This document shows positions 1-7,810 of a DNA stretch of 13,484 nt, in pieces. Each line of letters starts with the position of its first letter. The stretch's first letter is position 1. The DNA is taken from the IMG/VR virus record IMGVR_UViG_2737471832_000007, one strand, 5' to 3'. The notes beneath the pieces were generated by a model. It worked only from the letters and a program-made list of their open reading frames with translations, was not told the DNA's origin and searched no databases. The translations under genes and the position numbers were made by a program. The DNA comes from a virus. Lineage: Duplodnaviria; Heunggongvirae; Uroviricota; Caudoviricetes.

Positions 1-18
1 CGGAAGTCGCTGTCGTTT

Positions 19-813
19 TCAAAATCGGTGGAGCTGCATGACAAAGTCATCGGGCATTATCTGAACATAAAACACTATCAATAAGTTGGAGTCATTACCG
101 CTGTGTTTAACATGTTTTTTGATATATGATTTATTTTTTAATGCCCAAGAAACCGAATGCGTATATATGCTATCAAAACAATGTGATACATCTAACATCC
201 ACATCACCGAGAATCTTTTCTCAAGCTCAATAAACATCTTACTTTGAAATAGTTTATATATCCTGTTGAAACCGCCATAACTAAAATAAGAGGATGAATA
301 TTTCCTCATTAACTCATCCTTTGTTGTTTCGATATCTTCCCCTTTATATTTTTCCAAAGCATTATTTTCATATAAAAAGAAAGAGTTAGCGACCTTACGT
401 GGGTAGCGAATAGAAAAATTACTTTTTAAAGTATTTAATGTGATAACGGATGAGTATGTTTTATAAAATTCCGAATAATTAATTTGAGATCTTGGGTGAA
501 TTAAAGAAAGATGTCTTTGGCTAAAGGCATCTTTTACTATACAATAGCCAAATGGGGAGCTTTGTTTCTTCTTTTCTCGGTGGCGATCTGCGACACTAAT
601 AGAAGAGTCTAAATTAGGGTTAACTATTTTTTTTAAGAAAGAAGAAACCGGAGTAAAATGTAACAAATCATTACAAACTCTATCATATTCTGTTAAGTTT
701 ATATATAAGCCATCATTTGAAAAAATAATTGGACAATCACCGGGCAGTGTATCACATAGTAAAGCCCTGAGATAATCTTTCTTATCAAGTTTAATGTTTT
801 TCTTTATAACCAT
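19..813 (-). CDS. RT-like protein 2: RT fingers and motif A only; possibly a truncated or frameshifted second reverse transcriptase
   Basis: ATG at 813 overlaps the 3' end of the upstream RT gene by 10 nt. Residues 91-107 CIVKDAFSQRHLSLIHP resemble RT domain 1; residues 206-216 MLDVSHCFDSI (coords 166-198) match RT motif A. No motif B or C before the TGA at 19-21. AT-rich. Confidence 0.5.
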   Translation of the reverse strand: MVIKKNIKLDKKDYLRALLCDTLPGDCPIIFSNDGLYINLTEYDRVCNDLLHFTPVSSFLKKIVNPNLDSSISVADRHREKKKQSSPFGYCIVKDAFSQRHLSLIHPRSQINYSEFYKTYSSVITLNTLKSNFSIRYPRKVANSFFLYENNALEKYKGEDIETTKDELMRKYSSSYFSYGGFNRIYKLFQSKMFIELEKRFSVMWMLDVSHCFDSIYTHSVSWALKNKSYIKKHVKHSGNDSNLLIVFYVQIMPDDFVMQLHRF

Positions 814-2081
814 ATTTTTGTAATCTCAGTATAGCGCTTAAAGTTATACTTTCTATATACTCTATCCACAAAGCCTTTTCTAAAACTATTTCTTAGCAGT
901 TCTTTTTTTTGCTTCAAATTAAAAGGTTTTTTTGCAACACTATTCAAACGCCCAGTATTAGATTGCACACAATATAGCAAAAAGTCATCTAATTTTTTTA
1001 GGGATATGGAGTCAACATCTAACTTCGCATTACTGTAATAAATACCTGTACTTATCTTGCTTTTTTCTAAAGAACTTAACGATTTTATTTTGCGATTTAA
1101 ATCCCTGTTACTAGTCAAAAAAGAAATCCTGTCTAGCAATAGTTTAAAATCACCATTAATATGATAAGAGTAGAAAGACCTAGCTATTCTTGTTTTAATT
1201 TTCTTCAGGCGAGATTTAGATAAATTAACAACAACCTTTCTGTAACAGCTATTAATCTCACCATCTTTGCTCAAAGGTGTGTCTATTATAGAAAACGAGT
1301 ACCCTAGAAAGTCAAATTCATGAAGCAATTTATCCTGTTTATTTAAACCCTTACTTCTCTTTGGTATGCATGGAGATATTTTTAATTTATTTTTATTTAA
1401 AGCCAATCCCTTTGGTAATACATCTTGTATAAATTCCATAAAGGACGCTTCACATTCACAACCACTTGAAACGATTACCATATCATCTACAAATCTTGAA
1501 TAATAAAATACTTCTGGATGCCTATGAATACTATTATCAAATTGTGCCAAGTACAATTCTGATAACATAGGACTAATTTCTAACCCTCTAGGTAATCCTT
1601 TCGAAGAGTGAAGCCTTTCACACGATTTAAGATACCATTCTAGCAAATTTTTTGTATGTCTAGACAGTCGTGTTTCGTTATGTAAGAGCTGAAAAAGCTG
1701 CGGTAAATCAATTGATTCAAAGAAAGACTTTATATCCAAACGATATATTTTGAATGGAGTACCTTCTTCCAAATAAATTTTAAGCTCACTAATTATTGTA
1801 TTTCGTTGTTTGGGACGAAGCGATTCAAGGCATTTTAAATTTGCATTGCAATGTCTAAGTATTATTTTTTCCTTCAAACATGAAGCAGTGTAAACGCAGC
1901 GTCCCTTAATATTTAGTTTCTTTACACTCACACCAGAGCGAAAATTCTCATTAGCAATTAAAACGGCATCACTAATTAATGATTCTAACTCAGCAACATT
2001 ATTTTTTTTAAAATAATAAGCCTTCTCACTTTCACTTAAGTTTCGTTTAAGTGCTGCTGAAGTAAACGGCTGACGGTTCAT
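804..2081 (-). CDS. Reverse transcriptase (defence-associated UG/Abi/DRT-like), 425 aa
   Basis: ATG at 2081 with GAGGG Shine-Dalgarno. Motif A LDIKSFFESI (coords 1710-1739), motif B GLPRGLEISPMLSELYL, motif C FVDD (coords 1482-1493), FLGY motif at residues 258-261, plus a ~165-aa C-terminal extension. No retron VTG motif and no maturase domain. Confidence 0.8.
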   Translation of the reverse strand: MNRQPFTSAALKRNLSESEKAYYFKKNNVAELESLISDAVLIANENFRSGVSVKKLNIKGRCVYTASCLKEKIILRHCNANLKCLESLRPKQRNTIISELKIYLEEGTPFKIYRLDIKSFFESIDLPQLFQLLHNETRLSRHTKNLLEWYLKSCERLHSSKGLPRGLEISPMLSELYLAQFDNSIHRHPEVFYYSRFVDDMVIVSSGCECEASFMEFIQDVLPKGLALNKNKLKISPCIPKRSKGLNKQDKLLHEFDFLGYSFSIIDTPLSKDGEINSCYRKVVVNLSKSRLKKIKTRIARSFYSYHINGDFKLLLDRISFLTSNRDLNRKIKSLSSLEKSKISTGIYYSNAKLDVDSISLKKLDDFLLYCVQSNTGRLNSVAKKPFNLKQKKELLRNSFRKGFVDRVYRKYNFKRYTEITKIWL

Positions 2082-2129
2082 AATACCCTCATTAAACTAT
2101 CCTCTGTACTTTTTATAGCTCTTTCCATC

Positions 2130-2428
2130 ACTTCCCGCAATCGTATCTCCACAACAGCGACCGCTTTATATAGTAATTTTCATAACTTCGATTACAGCTC
2201 AAAACATGCGGTAACCGTGCCATAGTTATACCATTCAACGCCCTTACGCGGGCAGCCCCGCACGCCTGCCCGCTTCGCTTAACAGACTGGTTTTCATGCA
2301 TGCCATAAATCGTCTCAGATACCACCACACAAAGGTTTTCGCCTCAAAAAGGGTGCATAAGACTCATGCATTTTCATGCGCCATAGACATGCACTCATAC
2401 GCTCTCAGGCCAGCCAGGGAAAAGGTGT
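2130..2428 (-). ncRNA. Candidate structured noncoding leader or template RNA upstream of the RT gene (hypothetical)
   Basis: About 350 nt with no convincing ORF between the delta terminator and the RT start. Contains a perfect 8-bp GC stem (2248-2255 pairing 2266-2273), a CATGC-rich motif cluster and an imperfect ~19-bp direct repeat (2291-2309 and 2371-2389). Confidence 0.25.
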
Positions 2429-2455
2429 TAAAAATCCCGGTACTCGACCGGGATT
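2429..2455 (-). terminator. Intrinsic terminator of the late operon
   Basis: Stem ATCCCGG/CCGGGAT (2434-2440 pairing 2448-2454) with a 7-nt loop, followed on the minus strand by TTTT; sits ~20 nt after the delta stop. A T7 run at 2465-2471 on the plus strand may give bidirectional function. Confidence 0.5.
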
Positions 2456-2475
2456 ACGTGGGCGTTTTTTTCTAA

Positions 2476-2748
2476 TCAGACAGGAATCTGCTGACGGCTT
2501 GACAGTTTTGACGCGGAGCCATAGCGATTGAGCGTTTGCTGTTGTTTTACCGGGGGTTGTGATTTGTCTGGTTCCTGTTCATTGCGCCGGGGTTTCATGA
2601 TTATCTTATCCACACTCTCCAGTGCCGTAAATGTGCAGGAACATTCCAGATTCTGGCACTGATACCACGAGCGTTTAACTGACGGAGCTTCATAGGCTGC
2701 TGTTCTGGCGTGTGCAACTGTACCGCATTCCGGACATTTAAGTGCCAT
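2476..2748 (-). CDS. delta: Ogr/Delta-family zinc-finger late-gene transcriptional activator
   Basis: Exact C-x2-C-x22-C-x4-C spacing (CPEC...CQNLEC), the Ogr/Delta finger. ATG at 2748 with GGAG upstream; the ORF-track start at 2757 is a GTG extension. About 90 aa, single domain. Confidence 0.8.
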   Translation of the reverse strand: MALKCPECGTVAHARTAAYEAPSVKRSWYQCQNLECSCTFTALESVDKIIMKPRRNEQEPDKSQPPVKQQQTLNRYGSASKLSSRQQIPV

Positions 2749-2753
2749 TAATA

Positions 2754-3305
2754 TCACTCCTGTATATCGTTAATGTCATTCAGGCGTTGCTGAAAACGCA
2801 GATGTTGTGCCGGGGTGTAAGAACCCTGGCAATCACGAATCATCCCGGGGTCAGGCATCAAACCGGATTCATCCAGGATCTCACGATAATCCCCAGCAAT
2901 TTCAGGCGGTGTTATTGCCAGCTGGCGAACCAGAGCACTGCGTAATATACGGGACGCAACGTCAACCCCTCCGCGCCCCTTCAGGAACGGAGCCAGTGCA
3001 GATGTCAGGGCTGCCCCATTCGCCTGCATAAAATTGCTGAGAGCGGCTTCTGTGCAGGCCTCCATCAGTAAATGCTGCGAGTAAATGCATTCGCGCGCAG
3101 CACAGTTAATTTGCCATTTCAGCACATCCAGACGTTCCCGCAGTAATTCGAGCTGTCGGGCATAATCTGCTGGTTTTTCTGTGGCAGCGAGGAGAGATGT
3201 TATCTGTTGTTCAACGGCTTTTCGGCTCTCATTATGTCCGGCCCACAGAATGCGGGCATTCCGAAAACTGGTAAGTGCCTGGTCAGGCGTGCCTCGGGCC
3301 GTCAT
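2754..3305 (-). CDS. psu: Polarity suppression protein Psu homologue
   Basis: 183 aa. Segments LDVLKWQINCAARECI, FMQANGAALTSALAPFL and YTPAQHLRF resemble P4 Psu as recalled. Strong AAGGAG Shine-Dalgarno; ATGA overlap with the upstream ORF. Confidence 0.75.
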   Translation of the reverse strand: MTARGTPDQALTSFRNARILWAGHNESRKAVEQQITSLLAATEKPADYARQLELLRERLDVLKWQINCAARECIYSQHLLMEACTEAALSNFMQANGAALTSALAPFLKGRGGVDVASRILRSALVRQLAITPPEIAGDYREILDESGLMPDPGMIRDCQGSYTPAQHLRFQQRLNDINDIQE

Positions 3306-3619
3306 ACTGCTTTCTCCTTCTCAGCAAGTTCCTGACGAACCTTAATTTTATGCATAGCTGCCGGAGAGAGTTGATTACTGAAATCCAGACGCGCCGCATA
3401 ATCCGGGGCAACTCCCGCCAGTTTAAACACCGGGTCCTGCTCAGGCATCGCATCGTTAGCCAGAGCCGGTCTGGTGATATGTTTATGAATAAAGTCTTTC
3501 AGCACTGTGTCCGGGTCATTAACTGAATTCACCACACCCACAACGGCACTGGCTTCCCGGCCCATTGTGGATTTAAGCAGGCTCAGCGTCTGAATAAGCG
3601 CTTTTCCATGCGACTGCAT
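3302..3619 (-). CDS. Late-operon protein, unknown function (possibly the C-terminal part of a Sid-like protein)
   Basis: 105 aa; ATG at 3619 preceded by AGGAGG; stop overlaps the psu start (ATGA). Same reading frame as ORF 3629-4045, separated by one TAG and three codons. Confidence 0.6.
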   Translation of the reverse strand: MQSHGKALIQTLSLLKSTMGREASAVVGVVNSVNDPDTVLKDFIHKHITRPALANDAMPEQDPVFKLAGVAPDYAARLDFSNQLSPAAMHKIKVRQELAEKEKAV

Positions 3620-3628
3620 AAAATCCTC

Positions 3629-4045
3629 CTAGATTTGTTTTGCGCGAATATCCACAAGAATGTTATGCGCGTGGATATACTTTCCGGCTAATTCTGCAGC
3701 TTTCTGCGGCAAAAGTGCATTTTCGCTTTCCTGAGCCGCCAGCAGCTCATCAAAATCCTCAAGCGTTTCTCGTCCCAGCGCAATTTCCGTGCGCAGTTTT
3801 TTCATTTCCTTTGAGACCACGCCCTGACTTTCACGAAACAGCGTGCGCCACTCCTCATTCAGTGTGTTCGTCGTGGCTTCCATTTCAGCGCGACGCTGGC
3901 GGATTGTCGCAATATTATCCGCTGCCGCTTTCTGCTGACGACGTGCTTCAAGCCATGCGTTTCTGGCTGTGTTCATGGTTTCCAGTGCCCGCTGCGTTAC
4001 AGCCGGAAAAGTGGAAAGGTTGTTATTTACTGCGGTATTGTTCAT
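3629..4045 (-). CDS. First gene of the Delta-activated late operon; putative Sid-like protein
   Basis: 138 aa, helical/coiled-coil-like composition; ATG at 4045 with AGGAG 5 nt upstream; sits just downstream of two TGT-N12-ACA dyads. Position is analogous to P4 sid; identity not confirmed. Confidence 0.55.
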   Translation of the reverse strand: MNNTAVNNNLSTFPAVTQRALETMNTARNAWLEARRQQKAAADNIATIRQRRAEMEATTNTLNEEWRTLFRESQGVVSKEMKKLRTEIALGRETLEDFDELLAAQESENALLPQKAAELAGKYIHAHNILVDIRAKQI

Positions 4046-4079
4046 GACTTCTCCTGTCGGGTTGGTTCGTTACGTCAAT

Positions 4080-4135
4080 TGTGTCGTGGCTGACACAAGC
4101 ACACTATCGGTGTTCAGTGTGTGGTGGCTGGCACA
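4080..4135 (-). promoter_or_regulatory. Late promoter with two Ogr/Delta-type activator sites (TGT-N12-ACA)
   Basis: TGTgtcgtggctgacACA at 4080-4097 and TGTgtggtggctggcACA at 4118-4135, centres 38 bp apart, upstream of the ATG at 4045. Confidence 0.5.
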
Positions 4136-4223
4136 ACGGGCGCTTGCGGTTATTCAGACGTGGCTATGAAAGCCAGCCAGATAAAAATGCCCTCTGTTTC
4201 AGTCTGCTTTATGTCCCTGATGC

Positions 4224-4411
4224 GGTGGAACAGGTGAAACATGTGTTACAGCTTTGTTTTATAAGACATTTATATACACTGCACCGGTGAAACATCGCGG
4301 GTAACAAGGTGGAACAGCGGATTGGCTGGCGTTACATCTGTTCCACCTCACTATTTCAGAAGGTGGAACAGGTTCAGCCCTGTAAAATACGGTTGTTCCA
4401 CCTGTTTCACC
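4224..4411. repeat. Iteron cluster, crr/ori-like replication region
   Basis: Eight copies of GGTG(G/A)AACA: direct at 4224, 4233, 4286, 4308 and 4362; inverted (TGTT(C/T)CACC) at 4339, 4394 and 4403. Lies immediately downstream of the alpha gene; resembles the P4 TGTTCACC type-I iterons as recalled. Confidence 0.6.
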
Positions 4412-4445
4412 TGTTACCCTTAATAAATAAGACTCACGCAAAGCC

Positions 4446-7118
4446 TTAACCCGGCACCTCGCTGTTGAAGACATAGAGCCTGCGGGGATTCATCTCTGGC
4501 GGGCGAATGGTTGTCTGGAGTTTGCCATCAGTGGAGGGCAGCAGGTATCCACGATCTGCGCACAGACGCGCCACCTTGCGCGGGTCAAATCCCCTGCAGA
4601 TTTCTTTCCAGCCGGACGGCATGACATAGAACGTAGTGACAGCTTCCGTGCCCTGCGCGGTACTGCCTTTCTCCACCCTGCGCCAGCCCACCATATTGCC
4701 GGGGCGGTTGCGCTCGTCATACCAGTCTGCAAAGCGGCTGTACTGATTCGCGGTGAAGAAACTGCGAACCTGCTCCAGTGCGGCGATATCTTCCTGATTG
4801 GCGGTGTGCCCGCGATCTTTCAGCCATGCGTTCAGGCAGACGCGGGTTGCCCGCAGTGCTTCACCCTCAGGCCAGCCGGTGATACCCAGACGGGTTGCCA
4901 GTTCACCTGCCATCGCCACCAGAGCAAAGCGGTTCACAGCCCGGCCCACCTGATTGCCTGCATCTTTCGGAGTCAGGGCGGCAGCATATTCCTTCATCAG
5001 CGATTTTGCCTGTGCCGTTAGTCCGTTAAGATCAGCGGTCAGTGCTTTCAGCCACTCCCGGAACGGCGAACCGTAGTAGCAGGACGTGGCCCATTCAAGA
5101 TGCTCTGCCAGAGCCTTGCCGCTGTCGAAGCCGTGCAGCTCCTCAAAAACGCCAAACTTCCCGGAATCGCTGGGGATCTGGATCATCCTGACTTCCATCC
5201 CGGCAAAAGTACGCTCACCGGCCTTTGCCGCATGTTCGGTCAGAGACAACTCGCCAGTTGAAAAGAACAACAGGCGCCACTGCTTACGGGTACGCAGCTC
5301 ACCGTCCGTACCGGCACGGCCCTTGCCCTGACCGTTTGCCAGCATGTAGGCGATATTGCCTGCCTCGCGTCCGTCAACTTCCCGGATCTCATCAAGCATC
5401 ATGGCGGCATCGTTGCGGCGGCTGGCGCATCCCTCCAGCGCGTTGCCGGTGGCCCGCCATGTCTGCCAGTAGTCAGGCCCGCCGCAGACGGAGGTTGCCG
5501 CTTTCATGGTGGTGGTCTTACCGTCTGTCGATTCCCCTTTGAGGTGGTAGCCGCCGCCGTCCATACCAACCAGCCGTAACAGTGGTGCAGCAAAGGCCAG
5601 GCTGACAGCAAATGCCACGCGGGAGTTGCCGGTACAGTAGCGGGATACATGCTCCCGCCATTCCTCTGTTGTGCCCGACACGCGGAAATCACGCCCCTGC
5701 ACGGAAGTGGTCTGGAGAATGACACCCTCTGCACCTTCACCGCTGACCTCATCCTGCAGGACGTAAACCTGACCATGCCAGCCAGTACGACTGACGCAGG
5801 TCACGCGGCGTTCCGGTTTACACAGTGAGATATATTCCATCAGGCGTGCGCGTGCCTCACCGGTGGTGCTGATATAAGACAGCCCGTTAACCAGCAGTAC
5901 CCGGCGCAGTTCCTCACCACTGCCGCTCAGCATTTCCATCGGCATCGCCCAGCGGCGACACTCACCCCACGTATCTTCCCATTCCAGCAGTCGTCCGAAG
6001 TTACCGCCATCGGCATCGCAGGTGATTGCCGTCACGCGCAGCGGGCTGCATATTTTGACGTTCTGGATCTCCGTCTCACCGTTGCGCTGTACCTGCTTTT
6101 CATACCAGAGATATTCCTGGGTAAGACGGAACCCGTGCGGCAGTTGCGTGCGGCCTTCCCCGCACAGTACCAGACCGTTGCGAAAGGCTTCACGGGCACG
6201 GGTAATACCGTGCTCCCGATGAAAGTCATTCCAGTCAGCCTTAATCTCTCCTGGTGGCAGCGTCATCCAGCCGCCAACAGCTTTTGCCGCCCGTTCAGCA
6301 AAGGCTCTGCCGGGATTCTCACCTCCGTCCTGAAAATCGTTATCACCGGCGATGATAATTTTTACCTCAGGCCAGCGTGCCCGCAGCGACTGCGCCACAT
6401 TGGGCAGGTTGCCCGCAGATATGGCAGCCACTACGCATCCGGCAGTGAGCTGACTTACCGTCAGCGCCGTAGCGTAACCTTCGGTAATCACCACCTGTAC
6501 CGGTGGTTCAGACGGTAACGGGCTGAGCGACACAAACGCGCCTTTCATCGTGCTGCCGGGCAGTATGCTTTTTTCACCCGTCGGGGCGATAAGCTGTGCA
6601 CCAGTCACGGCTCCGGTGTTGGTCGTGAGTGGTAACAGCAGGGAACCGGCAGGAAAATCCTTACCGCTGATATGCTGCACGCTTCCGGTCAGAGAGGCCG
6701 GGTATCCGGCGAACCCTTTTCCTGTCAGATAGGCGCTTTCTCCCGTGTGGCTCTCTTTCATCAGCGCCGCCACGGTAAGACCCATGTCGCGTTTAGGGGC
6801 TTTTTGTCTGGCAGGCTTAACAGGCAGTTCCTGCACATCCGGCACATTAAGCACCTGCGCCACCTCCTGCGCAGCCTTTCTGATGCTGTAACCGGTTACG
6901 AGCTTAACCAGATCCAGACCGTCACCATTGCCACACTGGCTGCAGATCCACGTCCCGCGCCCGTCAAGGTCATCAAGGCGAAAACGATCCTTGCCCCCAC
7001 ATTTCGGGCAGGGACCGTGCCTGCCGTTTTCAGGTACATCAATACGCAGCATCTGGAGAATAACGGGCCATTTCCCCCGTGCGGCGGCTGAAATCTGCGT
7101 AACCGTCTGTATTGTCAT
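4446..7118 (-). CDS. alpha: Alpha-type DNA primase-helicase (zinc-binding N-terminus, primase, D5-like helicase)
   Basis: 890 aa. N-terminal CPKCGG...CSQCG zinc motif, GKT Walker-A-like motif, and overall resemblance to P4 alpha. ATG at 7118 in an ATGA overlap with the upstream ORF. Confidence 0.85.
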   Translation of the reverse strand: MTIQTVTQISAAARGKWPVILQMLRIDVPENGRHGPCPKCGGKDRFRLDDLDGRGTWICSQCGNGDGLDLVKLVTGYSIRKAAQEVAQVLNVPDVQELPVKPARQKAPKRDMGLTVAALMKESHTGESAYLTGKGFAGYPASLTGSVQHISGKDFPAGSLLLPLTTNTGAVTGAQLIAPTGEKSILPGSTMKGAFVSLSPLPSEPPVQVVITEGYATALTVSQLTAGCVVAAISAGNLPNVAQSLRARWPEVKIIIAGDNDFQDGGENPGRAFAERAAKAVGGWMTLPPGEIKADWNDFHREHGITRAREAFRNGLVLCGEGRTQLPHGFRLTQEYLWYEKQVQRNGETEIQNVKICSPLRVTAITCDADGGNFGRLLEWEDTWGECRRWAMPMEMLSGSGEELRRVLLVNGLSYISTTGEARARLMEYISLCKPERRVTCVSRTGWHGQVYVLQDEVSGEGAEGVILQTTSVQGRDFRVSGTTEEWREHVSRYCTGNSRVAFAVSLAFAAPLLRLVGMDGGGYHLKGESTDGKTTTMKAATSVCGGPDYWQTWRATGNALEGCASRRNDAAMMLDEIREVDGREAGNIAYMLANGQGKGRAGTDGELRTRKQWRLLFFSTGELSLTEHAAKAGERTFAGMEVRMIQIPSDSGKFGVFEELHGFDSGKALAEHLEWATSCYYGSPFREWLKALTADLNGLTAQAKSLMKEYAAALTPKDAGNQVGRAVNRFALVAMAGELATRLGITGWPEGEALRATRVCLNAWLKDRGHTANQEDIAALEQVRSFFTANQYSRFADWYDERNRPGNMVGWRRVEKGSTAQGTEAVTTFYVMPSGWKEICRGFDPRKVARLCADRGYLLPSTDGKLQTTIRPPEMNPRRLYVFNSEVPG

Positions 7119-7498
7119 ACTTCCCCCTGATACAACGTCACACCGGTACTGCAGAAGTCATCAAAGGCCGCCGGAAGCGTGCGGTACATCTCCGCCATCA
7201 CTTCACAGCCGCGCGCGGTCAGTACCGGCGGCGCGGTCAGCAGTGACGGCTCCAGCATGTCAGTCAGCAGTGCCAGCGCGGCAGCGGCGCCCTGTGCTTC
7301 GCCGTACTCGTTAATCAGTACGCACTCGATATGCAGCGCAATGGCCATTTCAATACGCTCCACCGTCAGGCTGTGCGGACCATACTGATCACTGCCAGTT
7401 TCGTTCAGCATTTTCTGCCGCCATGCTGAAGCAATAGCCCGCCGGTAAAGCGCGGTGGTCATTTCTGCCGGGAAAATGGAAACCTGCGGCTGGTTCAT
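7115..7498 (-). CDS. Early-operon hypothetical protein
   Basis: 127 aa; ATGA overlaps at both ends (coupled to the upstream ORF and to alpha). Confidence 0.55.
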   Translation of the reverse strand: MNQPQVSIFPAEMTTALYRRAIASAWRQKMLNETGSDQYGPHSLTVERIEMAIALHIECVLINEYGEAQGAAAALALLTDMLEPSLLTAPPVLTARGCEVMAEMYRTLPAAFDDFCSTGVTLYQGEV

Positions 7499-7779
7499 CT
7501 GGCACCTCCTTCAATCAGTGCGCAGCTGTGTGCAATATCCGTCAAATCTGCCAGCAGGTACTCCATCAGCGCGGCGACACCATGCGCACAGCCAGTGTCC
7601 AGTGCTCCGGCCTGAGACGGGTATTCAGAAAAGAGAAGCTGGAGCATGTCGCAGGCATTTCTTGCGCGGGTCAGCTTTCCGAAACTGTCCTCTGACAACC
7701 CATAGGCAAAAACACCGGTATTGTGTTTTTCAGGCAAAGTGTGGCCCTGAGCACCGTTGTGCCCGTTTGAAATATTCAT
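7495..7779 (-). CDS. Early-operon small protein (possibly epsilon-like, by position and size)
   Basis: 94 aa; ATG at 7779 with GGAG upstream. Assignment is positional only. Confidence 0.5.
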   Translation of the reverse strand: MNISNGHNGAQGHTLPEKHNTGVFAYGLSEDSFGKLTRARNACDMLQLLFSEYPSQAGALDTGCAHGVAALMEYLLADLTDIAHSCALIEGGAR

Positions 7780-7810
7780 CGTGGATTACTCCGTTTTCAG
7801 CGGTATTGTG

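Noticed and set aside
60-166. PDD near the C-terminus of the 264-aa ORF (IMPDDFVMQ, coords ~43-69) as an RT motif C
   Set aside because: It lies only about 40 residues after motif A with no intervening motif B, so it is unlikely to be the catalytic YxDD box.
804-2081. Retron or group II intron reverse transcriptase
   Set aside because: No VTG-type retron motif, no maturase/X domain, no intron RNA context, and motif C is FVDD; the genomic position and composition fit defence cargo better.
2128-2328. 66-aa minus-strand ORF inside the leader region
   Set aside because: No ribosome-binding site, GC-rich low-complexity translation, and it overlaps the hairpin and repeats; more likely noncoding.
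2742-4290. Plus-strand ORFs antisense to psu, orf105 and the Sid-like gene (for example 2807-3031, 3275-3526, 3640-4047)
   Set aside because: Antisense to genes with strong starts and recognisable homology; no independent signals.
4806-7314. Multiple plus-strand ORFs of 60-139 aa antisense to alpha (for example 6135-6518, 6672-7091, 6928-7314)
   Set aside because: They lie wholly within the well-supported alpha gene on the opposite strand and have Arg/Pro/Ser-rich translations typical of spurious GC-rich frames.
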